64,000 bases of DNA from Candidatus Omnitrophota bacterium. Its GTDB lineage: Bacteria; Omnitrophota; Gorgyraeia; Zapsychrales; Fredricksoniimonadaceae. The notes under the pieces were generated by a model. That model was not told where the DNA came from. It made no database searches and saw only the letters and a program-made list of their open reading frames with translations. The first letter of the stretch is position 1. Every line of letters starts with the position of its first letter. Both the position numbers and the translations under genes were made by a program. Shown here piece by piece: positions 44,681-54,297 of the stretch. The DNA lies in assembly GCA_037131245.1 (NCBI GenBank), contig JBAXRK010000002.1:116227-180226 (forward strand), given 5' to 3'.

Positions 44681-45850
44681 ATGGCTAATGACCCGGAAAA
44701 GAATCAGGTAAAGATCGATACATTACTGGCGCAGGGCGGGAGCCGCTGGGATACCCGGACTGGAGCTGTTTCGATGCCGATCTATCAGACGGCCACTTTC
44801 GGGCATCCGGCCCTGGGGCAGAGCACCGGGTTCGATTATACGCGCACGTCCAATCCAACACGCGCGGCCCTGGAAGATCTGCTCGCGCGCCTGGAAGGCG
44901 GGGCACGCGGTTTCGCTTTTTCCTCCGGGCTGGCGGCGATCGACACCCTGATGCATATCTTTTCGCCAGGTGACCAGGTGATCGTCACTGAGGATATTTA
45001 TGGCGGCACGTACCGTTTGTTCGAGAAAGTCCTGAGGCCGCTGGGTATTAATACGGTAGCGGTTGATACATCAAATGTTGAAGCGGTTCGCGCGGCGGTT
45101 AATCCTTCGGTGAAGGGTCTTTTTGTGGAGTCGCCGACGAATCCGATGCTCAAGGTTGCCGATCTGCGTGCTTTGGCTGTTCTGGCTAAGGCTCAGGGCT
45201 GGACGTTCATTGTTGACAATACTTTTTTGACGCCGTATTTTCAGCGTCCGCTCGACCTGGGTGCCGATGTCTCGGTTTATAGCGGGACAAAATATCTTTC
45301 CGGGCATAATGATGTTTTGTCGGGGGCGATCGTGGTCAAAGACCCCGCGCTGGCCGAGCGTGTGGCTTTCTTGCAGAACGCGATCGGCGCTGTGCTGGCG
45401 CCGCAGGATTCATGGTTGCTGTTGCGGGGCCTTAAAACACTGCCATTACGGTTACGACGCCAGGAAGAGAATGCGCTTAAGATCGCTTTGTGGCTCAGCC
45501 AGCAGCGCTGGGTGACGAAGGTTCATTATCCAGGCCTTGAAACACATGACGGCCACGCGCGCTTGAAAGCCCAGGCATCCGGGTTTGGCGGTATGATCTC
45601 TTTTGAGGTGTGCAAGGCGGAGATGGTGAAGGTAGCGCTGGAACGGGTGAAGGTTTTCATTTTTGCGGAGAGCTTGGGGGGCGTTGAGTCGCTGATCACG
45701 TTCCCCCCGGTGCAGACGCATTCGGATATTGCCCCGGCCGAGCGCGAGCGCTTGGGGATCACCGATCGCTTGCTTAGGTTGTCGATCGGCATTGAAGACG
45801 CTGGCGATCTGATCGCTGATCTGGAACAAGCTTTTAAAGGAGCGGTATGA
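44681..45850 (+). CDS. Cys/Met-metabolism PLP enzyme (cystathionine gamma-synthase/beta-lyase family)
   Basis: MPIYQTATF, YTRTSNPT, and SGTKYLSGHNDV (PLP lysine). Confidence 0.85.
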   Translation: MANDPEKNQVKIDTLLAQGGSRWDTRTGAVSMPIYQTATFGHPALGQSTGFDYTRTSNPTRAALEDLLARLEGGARGFAFSSGLAAIDTLMHIFSPGDQVIVTEDIYGGTYRLFEKVLRPLGINTVAVDTSNVEAVRAAVNPSVKGLFVESPTNPMLKVADLRALAVLAKAQGWTFIVDNTFLTPYFQRPLDLGADVSVYSGTKYLSGHNDVLSGAIVVKDPALAERVAFLQNAIGAVLAPQDSWLLLRGLKTLPLRLRRQEENALKIALWLSQQRWVTKVHYPGLETHDGHARLKAQASGFGGMISFEVCKAEMVKVALERVKVFIFAESLGGVESLITFPPVQTHSDIAPAERERLGITDRLLRLSIGIEDAGDLIADLEQAFKGAV

Positions 45851-47004
45851 CGCATAAAGATATTGGGCTTCGGACCAGGGCGGTGCATGGCGGGGTGGAC
45901 CGCGATCCTTTTACCGGCGCCTCCAGTGTTCCTATTTATCAGGGCTCCACGTTTGCCCAGCCTGACCCGGACCATCCCGGTGCCTATGATTACGGCCGCA
46001 GCGGCAATCCGACACGTGAAGCTCTTGAGTCGGCCATCGCGGAACTTGAAGGCGGGGTGCGCGGTTTTGCTTTTTCGTCGGGTATGGCAGCCACGACAGC
46101 GGCGCTTTTTTTGCTTAAGCCCGGCGATCATGTGGTCGCGGCAGAAGATATTTATGGCGGAACTTACCGCATTTTAACGACGCTCTTCAAACAGTGGGGG
46201 CTGGAGACGACTTTTGTTGATATGACCCGCCCCGACCTTGTTGCAGCGGCGGTCCAACCGAACACACGCATGCTTTTTGCGGAAACGCCGTCTAACCCTT
46301 TGCTTAAGATCACCGATCTCGACGCAATGGTAGTTATTGCCCGCAAGCACGCGCTTCTGTCAGTTATTGATAGCACATTCCCGACGCCCTGGTTGCAGCG
46401 GCCTATCGAGCGGGGTTTTGATATTGTTGTTCACAGTGCCACCAAATTCCTCGGCGGGCACAGCGATTGCGTGGCGGGCCTGGCGGTGGCGCGCACCGAG
46501 GAGCTGGCGCGGCGGATCAAGGCGATCCAGAATATCGCCGGAGCGGTCCTGGGGCCGCAGGATTCGTGGCTTATCCTGCGCGGCATCAGGACGCTGGCGG
46601 TACGGATGGACGCGCAGCAGCGCTCGGCGCAGATCATCGCGGAGGCGCTGGCTCAATGGCCCGAGATCGGGCGGGTTAATTATCCCGGTTTAAAAGATCA
46701 TCCAGGACGGGAGATCAATGAGCGGCAGAGTAGCGGGCCCGGCGCGGTCTTATCGTTCGAGCTCAAGGATGGGACAGTGGCCCGCCAGGTGCTTGGCCGG
46801 GTCAAGTTGTGCCTGCCGGCGGTCAGTCTGGGCGGCGTGGAAAGCATCTTGTCTTACCCGGCGAAGATGTCGCACGCGGCCATGCCTCCGGAAGAGCGCA
46901 AAGCGCGGGGCATAACGGACGGGTTATTGAGGTTGTCGGTGGGGTTGGAAGACCCTCAGGATATTTTGGCAGATCTAAAACAGGCGATAAAGGTACAACA
47001 TTAA
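45847..47004 (+). CDS. Second Cys/Met-metabolism PLP enzyme (cystathionine gamma-lyase/beta-lyase family), paralog of the preceding gene
   Basis: VPIYQGSTF, YGRSGNPT, and SATKFLGGHSD. ATGA overlap with the previous gene. Confidence 0.85.
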   Translation: MTHKDIGLRTRAVHGGVDRDPFTGASSVPIYQGSTFAQPDPDHPGAYDYGRSGNPTREALESAIAELEGGVRGFAFSSGMAATTAALFLLKPGDHVVAAEDIYGGTYRILTTLFKQWGLETTFVDMTRPDLVAAAVQPNTRMLFAETPSNPLLKITDLDAMVVIARKHALLSVIDSTFPTPWLQRPIERGFDIVVHSATKFLGGHSDCVAGLAVARTEELARRIKAIQNIAGAVLGPQDSWLILRGIRTLAVRMDAQQRSAQIIAEALAQWPEIGRVNYPGLKDHPGREINERQSSGPGAVLSFELKDGTVARQVLGRVKLCLPAVSLGGVESILSYPAKMSHAAMPPEERKARGITDGLLRLSVGLEDPQDILADLKQAIKVQH

Positions 47005-47016
47005 AAGGAGTCATTT

Positions 47017-47976
47017 ATGGGACAGATCTTCAAGGATAATGCAGAATCCATCGGCCGTACGCCGCTGGTCCAGTTGAACCATATGACCAAAGGCCTTAAG
47101 GCGAAAGTGTTGGCCAAGGTCGAGGGTCGTAACCCGGCGTACTCGGTTAAATGCCGTATCGGCGCCGCCATGATCTGGGATGCTGAAAAGCGCGGTGTAT
47201 TGAAGCCGGGCGTTGAGATCGTTGAGCCGACATCAGGCAATACCGGGATCGCATTGGCTTACGTGGCCGCGGCACGCGGTTATAAGCTGACTTTGACCAT
47301 GCCGGAGACCATGAGTATTGAGCGTCGCCGTGTATTGGCCGCGTTCGGCGCGAACCTGGTGCTTACGCCTGGCTCAGAGGGAATGAAAGGCGCGATCCGT
47401 AAGGCCGAGGAGATCGCTGCATCAGACCCGGCGAAATATTTCCTGCCGCAGCAGTTCAAGAATCCGGCGAATCCGGCGATCCATGAAAAGACGACCGGGC
47501 CTGAGATCTGGGATGATACCAATGGCGCGATCGACGTGCTTGTTTCCGGTGTCGGTACTGGCGGAACGATCACGGGTGTCTCACGGTATATCAAGAATAC
47601 CAAGGGTAAGAAGATCCTTTCGGTCGCGGTGGAGCCTAAGGAAAGCCCGGTCATTACCCAGAAGCGCGCCGGCCAGGAATTAAAACCGGGTCCGCACAAG
47701 ATCCAGGGGATCGGCGCCGGGTTCATTCCGGATACGCTGGACCTTTCGGTGGTCGACCGTGTTGAGCTCGTTGACAGCGCGGAAGCCGTCGATTATGCCC
47801 GTCGGTTGGCCAAGGAAGAAGGTATTCTGGTCGGTATTTCTTGCGGCGCGGCTGTCGCGGTGGCATTGCGTTTGGCGGCTCAGGATGAGTTCGCGGGGAA
47901 GACCATTGTGGTTGTTCTCCCGGATGCCGGTGAGCGGTATCTGTCGACCGTCCTTTTTGAGGGGGTCGGGGTTTAA
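47017..47976 (+). CDS. cysK: Cysteine synthase A (O-acetylserine sulfhydrylase)
   Basis: [19 protein letters not shown], and [10 protein letters not shown] motifs. Confidence 0.9.
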   Translation: MGQIFKDNAESIGRTPLVQLNHMTKGLKAKVLAKVEGRNPAYSVKCRIGAAMIWDAEKRGVLKPGVEIVEPTSGNTGIALAYVAAARGYKLTLTMPETMSIERRRVLAAFGANLVLTPGSEGMKGAIRKAEEIAASDPAKYFLPQQFKNPANPAIHEKTTGPEIWDDTNGAIDVLVSGVGTGGTITGVSRYIKNTKGKKILSVAVEPKESPVITQKRAGQELKPGPHKIQGIGAGFIPDTLDLSVVDRVELVDSAEAVDYARRLAKEEGILVGISCGAAVAVALRLAAQDEFAGKTIVVVLPDAGERYLSTVLFEGVGV

Positions 47977-48055
47977 TAGTTTGAAAGGTTTGTCGGGTGC
48001 GGCTGACTAAATTGGTGAAGTACGATTGAGATAAACATCAACATGGAGGTGTATT

Positions 48056-48130
48056 ATGTCAAAAGTCTACACGCGTTGGCTGCTTCGCCGGGTTGCGCAT
48101 TGTAAATCCGGTTGTAGTAGGGTGTCCTGA
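48056..48130 (+). CDS. Possible 24-aa micro-ORF (MSKVYTRWLLRRVAHCKSGCSRVS)
   Basis: GGAGGTG ends 5 nt before the ATG. It lies between cysK and the terminator. There is no other support. Confidence 0.2.
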   Translation: MSKVYTRWLLRRVAHCKSGCSRVS

Positions 48131-48159
48131 GCAAGACGTTAAACGGCTTTCCAAATGAA

Positions 48160-48191
48160 CCGGGCCACGTGAGTTGTGGCCCGGTTTTTTA
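48160..48191 (+). terminator. Rho-independent terminator closing the sulfur operon (shared with the convergent minus-strand operon)
   Basis: Perfect 9-bp stem CCGGGCCAC / GTGGCCCGG with a 7-nt loop, followed by TTTTTT. Confidence 0.8.
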
Positions 48192-49502
48192 TTTTCTCAG
48201 GAATGGGATGATAGCGTCGGCGATGTTCGAGGCAAGGAGATGGTTGCCCAGCGGCGTAGCGTGGCCGGTATCGCCTGAGGCGCGGTCTTTAAAGTAGGTT
48301 GTATATGAGCTTTCGGCCACGGCTTTCTGAAATGCCGGGCCATTATCCACGAAAATGATCTTCTCCCTGTCAGGCTGCCCTTCAAAGATGTCAAGGAGCG
48401 GCCGTGCGTTACGCAGGGGATATTGCACAAACACCGGTTGAATATGATTGGCGATCAGCAGATCCTTGATCTCCCGGTAGCTTTTACGCGTTGATGCCGA
48501 AGCGTAGCTGTCTCGGAATGTCCCGATCTTTGCCCTGATATAGGCTTCTGCCAGCGCTTTCTGGCCGTTCTTTTCATAACAGGACGCGACGTATCCGTAG
48601 GCGTCAGTGTCGTTGGTCTTGCGCACCTTTTCGTCGATAGCGGCTTTCACTTTTGCTACATGGTCGTCGCTGTTGCAGTAGCCATTCACCCATTCCATTG
48701 TCCAGGCGTTCGTCGGGATATTTTCCATAACAGTGATGAATTTTTCGTAGAGATGGGCCTTCATCAGGAAGCGGCCGTATTGCTTGATGACCCAGCCATA
48801 GATGATCGGGTCTTTGTTGAGCTCAAAGAAATTGGCATAAAGCTGGTCGGCCATTTCGTATTTGGCATTGCCTTCGGTAATGGCGATGAGCATGTAGATC
48901 TTTTTAAGCTCATCAGGCGCGTTCTTGATGGAGACGCCGAATAGTTCCTGTTCAGGAACGCCGGCCAGGGGGCTCGCGGGTGTGGCGCGGAATTGTTTTT
49001 GCTGCCGCTGGGCATATTCCTGGAGGGAGGCCGCGGCTTTTTGCTGCATTTTGACAGCCAGTTGGTAAAGTTTGGTGTGATGCATGAAGCCGAACGGGGA
49101 TGAGCTCTTGATCTGGTCTCGCCGTGTTTGCTCACCGTCAAAGATCCCCACCATCGCGATCACCATATCGGGCCGCAGCTCGCGGATCCATTGCGGCAGG
49201 TCCCCGGCGATCCGGGCGGTGCTGTAGCCGGCCATGCCCTGGTTGACGACGTCGATCCTTCGCCCAGGAAGCTTTTCATTGAGGATCACTTGCAGTTGCG
49301 AAGGGTAAGAGTCTTTTCCTCCAACCAGCGTGTTCGACTCTCCGACACAGATGATCTTGTACGTGCCACTGGCCGTAGCCTGGCGTGTATTATTGATCTT
49401 TTGCGTTCCTTGGGTGATCCAGCTACCGATCCAGAGAAACATTTCCAGGAACAGCAGGAAGCAAAGGGTGTATTTGAGAAAGGTGATCTGCGATTTCATC
49501 AT
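48189..49502 (-). CDS. Membrane-anchored SGNH/GDSL-fold hydrolase or acyltransferase with a large helical insertion
   Basis: N-terminal TM helix. Block I IICVGESNT, block II VVNQGMAG, and block III-like MVGIFDG lie near the N-terminus. Block V GDTGHATPLGN lies near the C-terminus, separated from the others by a helical insert of roughly 200 aa or more. Confidence 0.7.
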   Translation of the reverse strand: MMKSQITFLKYTLCFLLFLEMFLWIGSWITQGTQKINNTRQATASGTYKIICVGESNTLVGGKDSYPSQLQVILNEKLPGRRIDVVNQGMAGYSTARIAGDLPQWIRELRPDMVIAMVGIFDGEQTRRDQIKSSSPFGFMHHTKLYQLAVKMQQKAAASLQEYAQRQQKQFRATPASPLAGVPEQELFGVSIKNAPDELKKIYMLIAITEGNAKYEMADQLYANFFELNKDPIIYGWVIKQYGRFLMKAHLYEKFITVMENIPTNAWTMEWVNGYCNSDDHVAKVKAAIDEKVRKTNDTDAYGYVASCYEKNGQKALAEAYIRAKIGTFRDSYASASTRKSYREIKDLLIANHIQPVFVQYPLRNARPLLDIFEGQPDREKIIFVDNGPAFQKAVAESSYTTYFKDRASGDTGHATPLGNHLLASNIADAIIPFLRK

Positions 49503-49518
49503 TGAGCCCTTTTGGTCA

Positions 49519-50955
49519 CTAGAATTGGAAATAAATAAATTCTTCCGCGGTCATTACGCCCCAGCCGAGCATCAGGTAAGCCATGAAGGCCATGGCCAGC
49601 ACGCGCAAAACCCAGTGCGGCCGTTCGATCAGGAAGAAAATATTCTTGAAACGAAATTCACCGTATTGCAACAGGATGACAGGCAGGGCAAAGCCCAGCG
49701 CGCTCCACAGCAGATCCCAGCGGACCAGCGACGGGTCGGTTAAGGAGAATAGCGATGCCAGGACGGTGCTGGCGTGTCCCAACGATCGAACGCGGAAAAG
49801 CATCATGCCAAACGCCGTGACCTGGAACATCAAAAGAACTCTCGCCCAGAACCACACGGCCTGTGTGGCGGGTGATGATGGTTCAATGAGGCGGCTGAAA
49901 CGTGAACGAATAAGGATGTACAGGATCAGCAGCGCGCCGTAGTACGCGCCGAAGGCCACAAAGTGCCATGAAGCACCGTGCCAGAGGCCGATGAGGGACA
50001 TGGAGATCATCAGGGCAATGTACACGCGGGGATTGCCCGGCACACGGCGCAGGGTGCCCATGAGCGGGATGTAAAGGTAATCGCGGATCCAGGAACTCAA
50101 GCTGATATGCCAACGGTTCCAGAACTCCTGGACATTGGTGACGAAGAAAGGCGTGTCGAAGTTGACCATCACCTTGAAGCCCAGCATCGATCCGAGGCCG
50201 CGGGCGATATTACTGTACCCGGCAAAGTCGCAGAAGATCTGGAAGGTGAACGCATAAATAGCGATAAGGATATCCATCGCCTGGAACGCGGCCGGATCGG
50301 CGAAAACAGGATTGACGATCTTCGCCAGATTATCGGCGACAAAGATCTTTTGGAACAGCCCCAGGAAGATGAGGTAGCTACCTTTGGTAAAGCCTTCCAT
50401 GTCCTGCCGCCGGGGATTAACGACTTGTGGCAGTAAGTGGGAGGCGCGTTCGATAGGGCCTGCCATGAGCAAAGGGAAGAAGGCTTTGAAAAGCGCGAAG
50501 TCCCAGAACGTTCCCATGGGTTTCAGCGCCCGCCGGTAAATATCGATCGTGTAACTTAGGGCCTGAAAGGTGAAAAATGAAATGCCCATCGGCAGGATAA
50601 TGTTTAGCGCCGGAGGGGTTGTTTTAAGGCCGAACAGGTTCAGCAGCCCGCTGGCATTCTCCAGGAAGAAATTGCAGTATTTGAAGAAGCCGAGCACGCC
50701 CAGGTTAACAGCCAGGCTTGCGATCAGCCACCAGCGGCGATGGTTACTGTCGGTACTTGTGAAGATGCGGTCCGCGCAGAAGTAGGATGCCAGGGTACAG
50801 CCGAAGATCAGGGGGGCAAAGCGCCAATCCCAGGAAGCGTAGAAAATATAGCTGGCCGCCAGCAGCATGAGGTTCTGGCCGCGGTGCGGGAGCACACGGT
50901 ACAGGCCCAGGACGATCAGGAAGAAAACGGCAAATTCAAAAGAGTTAAATAGCAT
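49519..50955 (-). CDS. MBOAT-family membrane O-acyltransferase (AlgI/DltB-like)
   Basis: MLFNSFEFAVFF..., FWNRWHISLSSWIRDYLYIPL (conserved His region), and the polytopic pattern. Confidence 0.9.
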   Translation of the reverse strand: MLFNSFEFAVFFLIVLGLYRVLPHRGQNLMLLAASYIFYASWDWRFAPLIFGCTLASYFCADRIFTSTDSNHRRWWLIASLAVNLGVLGFFKYCNFFLENASGLLNLFGLKTTPPALNIILPMGISFFTFQALSYTIDIYRRALKPMGTFWDFALFKAFFPLLMAGPIERASHLLPQVVNPRRQDMEGFTKGSYLIFLGLFQKIFVADNLAKIVNPVFADPAAFQAMDILIAIYAFTFQIFCDFAGYSNIARGLGSMLGFKVMVNFDTPFFVTNVQEFWNRWHISLSSWIRDYLYIPLMGTLRRVPGNPRVYIALMISMSLIGLWHGASWHFVAFGAYYGALLILYILIRSRFSRLIEPSSPATQAVWFWARVLLMFQVTAFGMMLFRVRSLGHASTVLASLFSLTDPSLVRWDLLWSALGFALPVILLQYGEFRFKNIFFLIERPHWVLRVLAMAFMAYLMLGWGVMTAEEFIYFQF

Positions 50956-50957
50956 TG

Positions 50958-52622
50958 TTAAATATAAGGCGGTAACCCGCCGGTGATGAGTGTTTTTTGC
51001 CCGGTCGTAAACGGCGTCAGTGAGCTGGCCAGCGTCACGATGGCTTTGGCCACATCGGTGGTCGAAGTGTGGCGTCCCAGGGGGATGTAATTTTTCATTT
51101 TATCCCTTACCGCTTGGGGGATCGTGCGGGTCAGGTCGGTTTCGACCATGCCGGGCATGACCATATTGACCAGGATATTATGTCCGGCCAGTTCAACGGC
51201 CAGGGCGCGCGTGAGGCCCGCGAGCGCGCTTTTGGCGAGCACGTATTTGGACTGGTTGGGCGGCGGCGTTTCAGTGGCGATGCTGACCACGTTGATGATG
51301 CGGCCTTGTTTGTTCTTGATCATCGACGGAATCGCTTCCTGGCAGCAATGAAAAGCGCCTTTGACGATGATGTCGATGTCTTCCTGGACCCGGCCCCAGG
51401 TCAAGGCCTGGAAAGGGACCGGGATAAAGTCACCGACGGCATTGTTGACCAGGATGTCAATCTCGCCGAAGGCCCGGCGGCCCTGCTCGAACATGGCTTT
51501 GATCTGGGCGGGATCGCGAACGTCCGCTTTGACGGCTATGGCTTGCGCTCCGCTTGAGGTGATGTCCCTGACAACGGCTTCGGCTTCCGCCTGGCTGTTG
51601 AAATAATTAACGATGACCCGGGCGCCATGGCAGGCAAATAGCCGGGCGGTGGTCGCGCCGATGCCTCGGCTGGCGCCGGTGATCAGGACCGTTCGGCCTT
51701 TGAGGCCCAGGTCGGTGGAGAGGTCTTTCATGGCCGGTGCCGGAATGGATGGTTCGTTCATTTTAACGGTCGCTTTCCCTTGCATGAGATGAGCAGTATT
51801 TTTATCATAGATGCCGATGTTTTCAATGATTATCTGGTTCCCGGGAGAACAAAAATCGATCGTCCCTCTAAGAGCGTAGGCGGTAAGCGGCGCCAGTGGT
51901 GTTTCAAAATTGAAGTTGAAGTCCAGGAAGGTTGCTTGTTTCCCGGGCAGGCGCATGCCGATCAGCGTCGATACCAGCAGGGTGGCGGTGAGTTCCAGGG
52001 AGGGGCTGTGTGAATCTGGGGGCAAGGCGCTGAAAGACCCTTGTTTTTTAAGAAGCGTGCCCCATTCGGATAATAATATAGGTGCGATGATAAAAGGGAT
52101 CTCGGCGGACATTCCTTTGGCGATCGCGACAAATTCCAGCGTGTTCTCGGTTTGCGGGCTCGAGAGCAATGAAGGCCCCGGTGCTTCTTTTCCTTCTGAT
52201 GGAACAACGGCAGGGCCGATAGTAAATTCGCCGTAAGTCGCGGCTTCCCGCAGGGATGAGGTTCTGACCGAGTAGGAAAATGTTTGAGCTTGGCCGGCGT
52301 CGCTGCCGGAGATCAAAGCCAGCTCGAGCTTGACGGTGTCCCCGACAAAGACCGGATGGTTAAAGCGCCCGGATATTTTCTTTAGCGTCATATCCTTGAT
52401 ATTGAGCGGTGCCGACAAAGAAAGCAGGCTGACCGGGATCATGCCGTGCGCCACGCGCTGGCGGTACGCGTAGGAGCGGGCCGCGGCGCTGTCCCGGTGA
52501 AGGGAATTCGTGTCGCCGCTAAAGCGGCTGAAAGCGTCGACGATATCAGCGTTGACGTCCAGGGTGGCTTGCCAGGACCAGCCTTCGGGGAAATGAGGGG
52601 GCAGGGGTTGATCAGCCTTCAT
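50958..52622 (-). CDS. Tri-domain protein: MaoC-like hot-dog + second hot-dog-like region + SDR (FabG-like) reductase
   Basis: FSRFSGDTNSLH hydratase-2 motif at the N-terminus. The C-terminal half has TVLITGASRGIG, NNAV, and an SDR core. Confidence 0.8.
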   Translation of the reverse strand: MKADQPLPPHFPEGWSWQATLDVNADIVDAFSRFSGDTNSLHRDSAAARSYAYRQRVAHGMIPVSLLSLSAPLNIKDMTLKKISGRFNHPVFVGDTVKLELALISGSDAGQAQTFSYSVRTSSLREAATYGEFTIGPAVVPSEGKEAPGPSLLSSPQTENTLEFVAIAKGMSAEIPFIIAPILLSEWGTLLKKQGSFSALPPDSHSPSLELTATLLVSTLIGMRLPGKQATFLDFNFNFETPLAPLTAYALRGTIDFCSPGNQIIIENIGIYDKNTAHLMQGKATVKMNEPSIPAPAMKDLSTDLGLKGRTVLITGASRGIGATTARLFACHGARVIVNYFNSQAEAEAVVRDITSSGAQAIAVKADVRDPAQIKAMFEQGRRAFGEIDILVNNAVGDFIPVPFQALTWGRVQEDIDIIVKGAFHCCQEAIPSMIKNKQGRIINVVSIATETPPPNQSKYVLAKSALAGLTRALAVELAGHNILVNMVMPGMVETDLTRTIPQAVRDKMKNYIPLGRHTSTTDVAKAIVTLASSLTPFTTGQKTLITGGLPPYI

Positions 52623-54297
52623 AGGCCACCTTGATCATGTCGGGCCGGGGATACGCCTTGGCGGTATCCCAGGTGAAGATGTGCCCTGCCGCAGCTTGGA
52701 AGCCGGAGCGCTCGCGCAGGAAATCCAGGCACGGCTTGTTCTTTTCCGTCGGAATGTAATGGGCTTTCACGGTGGCGGCGCCTTGCTTGACGGCTTGTTC
52801 GATCAGGACGGCCATCATGGCATTTTCCAGGAGGCGTCCGAAAACGCGGCAGCTTAAAACAAGATCGATGATCCTGGCTGTTTTCCCGTCCACCTCAAGG
52901 CTGATGATCCCCGCCAGGCCCGAGTCACCCAGGTTATCCTTGACGCGAAAGGTCCACAGCCGTCTGCCCGGGGTTTCGGTCCAGGCCAGCAGCTCTTGCT
53001 CGCTCAGGCGGCGGGTCGAGAGGTTCATTTGATTGGTTTTATTCAGCAACTGGGCCGCTCGGGGGAGGTTAGCGGCATTCAATAGTTCTGCCGTCACATT
53101 GATATCCAGGCTGCGCAGCCATTGACCGATATCTTGGGCCTGGGCGCGGCCTTCCCGGCGTTGCTGTTCGGCGGCGTACATGCCGGTGCGGGCGCGGTCT
53201 TCAGCGCTGATACGGACCGTGTCGAAACAGGAGAGGGATGACAGGGCTTTCGGGAATAAAAGGCAATGGTCGGGCCAGTCCGGCACCAGGATCTCCGGCA
53301 GGGCGCGCCGGACGCGGTCGCGTTCGGCGGGGTCATTATCGATAAAAACGGCGGCGTCGGCGCCCAGGTTGAGTTCAGAGAGGAGCGCGGTGATGTTCGC
53401 GGCTTTGTCGTCCCAGTTGATGCGCCAGCCGGCGAAGTCCGTTCTTTTAAGGATCATTTCAGGGTGCTTGTTGATCGCTTCAAGCGCGGTCGCGGACTCG
53501 TTTTTGCTGACGATCCCCAGGATGATCCCGCGGTTCTTTAGTCCTTTGAGGCCCTGCTGGAAGTCGCTATAGGCTTCGCCGATCGCATCGTGCCCGCCGA
53601 TCTTGAGATCCTGCCAGCCGTTTTCGCCGACCGTTCCACCCCAGAGGGTGTCATCGAGGTCGACAATGAGCAGTTTACGGCTAGTCCCCCAGCAGGCAAG
53701 CATAGTCGCTTTGATGTCTTGAGCGGCCAGTTTAAAAACGCCCGGATCGAAGGGCGTTTTGCTCAGGTACCAGAGTTTCGGGTTGAAGGCATTTGCGCCG
53801 ATGGACTGGGTCCAGGTTGCCGTGTTGAGGATGAAAATGTTCGGGTTTTCCGACAGACGGCCAGCCAGATGGTTGTTAAGTGTCAAAAGGGCGCGTTGCC
53901 ATCCCTGTGGGTTTTTCAGGTCGCCGGGCCCGTAACCGCGCAGGTAGGGCGGCAGGGTCCAGGAGGCCAGCAGGACAAAACGCGAATGTGTTGAGGCATT
54001 GATAATGGCGTCAATAAAAGTATCGCACTCTTTCAGGAGTTGCGCCGGATCGACGGCTTCGAAGGACAGGAGTTTCCGGAAAGAGGGTATTGCGTGCGTT
54101 ATTTGCGTCCAGATGATCGTTACATCCGGGTGCGCGGCCCACAGCGGATCGCCAGGATTGTTTAAGATCGGAAGGACTTGCCCGTAGGGAGCAATATCTA
54201 TATTCCATGCTGGCGCTTGCGGGTCATTGACCAGAAAGGCTTTAAGCGTATCGACGGTGAAGTCTGAAAGGATAAGGCCGCGGACGGTTGGGTTCAT
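52612..54297 (-). CDS. FkbH-like HAD-IIIC phosphatase/acyl-loading enzyme with a C-terminal GNAT-like domain
   Basis: LLIVDLDDTLWGG (DxDxT), GIILGIVSKN, FIDNDPAERD, and a C-terminal LVLSCRVFGR (Cys motif of FkbH-type enzymes). Confidence 0.8.
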   Translation of the reverse strand: MNPTVRGLILSDFTVDTLKAFLVNDPQAPAWNIDIAPYGQVLPILNNPGDPLWAAHPDVTIIWTQITHAIPSFRKLLSFEAVDPAQLLKECDTFIDAIINASTHSRFVLLASWTLPPYLRGYGPGDLKNPQGWQRALLTLNNHLAGRLSENPNIFILNTATWTQSIGANAFNPKLWYLSKTPFDPGVFKLAAQDIKATMLACWGTSRKLLIVDLDDTLWGGTVGENGWQDLKIGGHDAIGEAYSDFQQGLKGLKNRGIILGIVSKNESATALEAINKHPEMILKRTDFAGWRINWDDKAANITALLSELNLGADAAVFIDNDPAERDRVRRALPEILVPDWPDHCLLFPKALSSLSCFDTVRISAEDRARTGMYAAEQQRREGRAQAQDIGQWLRSLDINVTAELLNAANLPRAAQLLNKTNQMNLSTRRLSEQELLAWTETPGRRLWTFRVKDNLGDSGLAGIISLEVDGKTARIIDLVLSCRVFGRLLENAMMAVLIEQAVKQGAATVKAHYIPTEKNKPCLDFLRERSGFQAAAGHIFTWDTAKAYPRPDMIKVAYEG

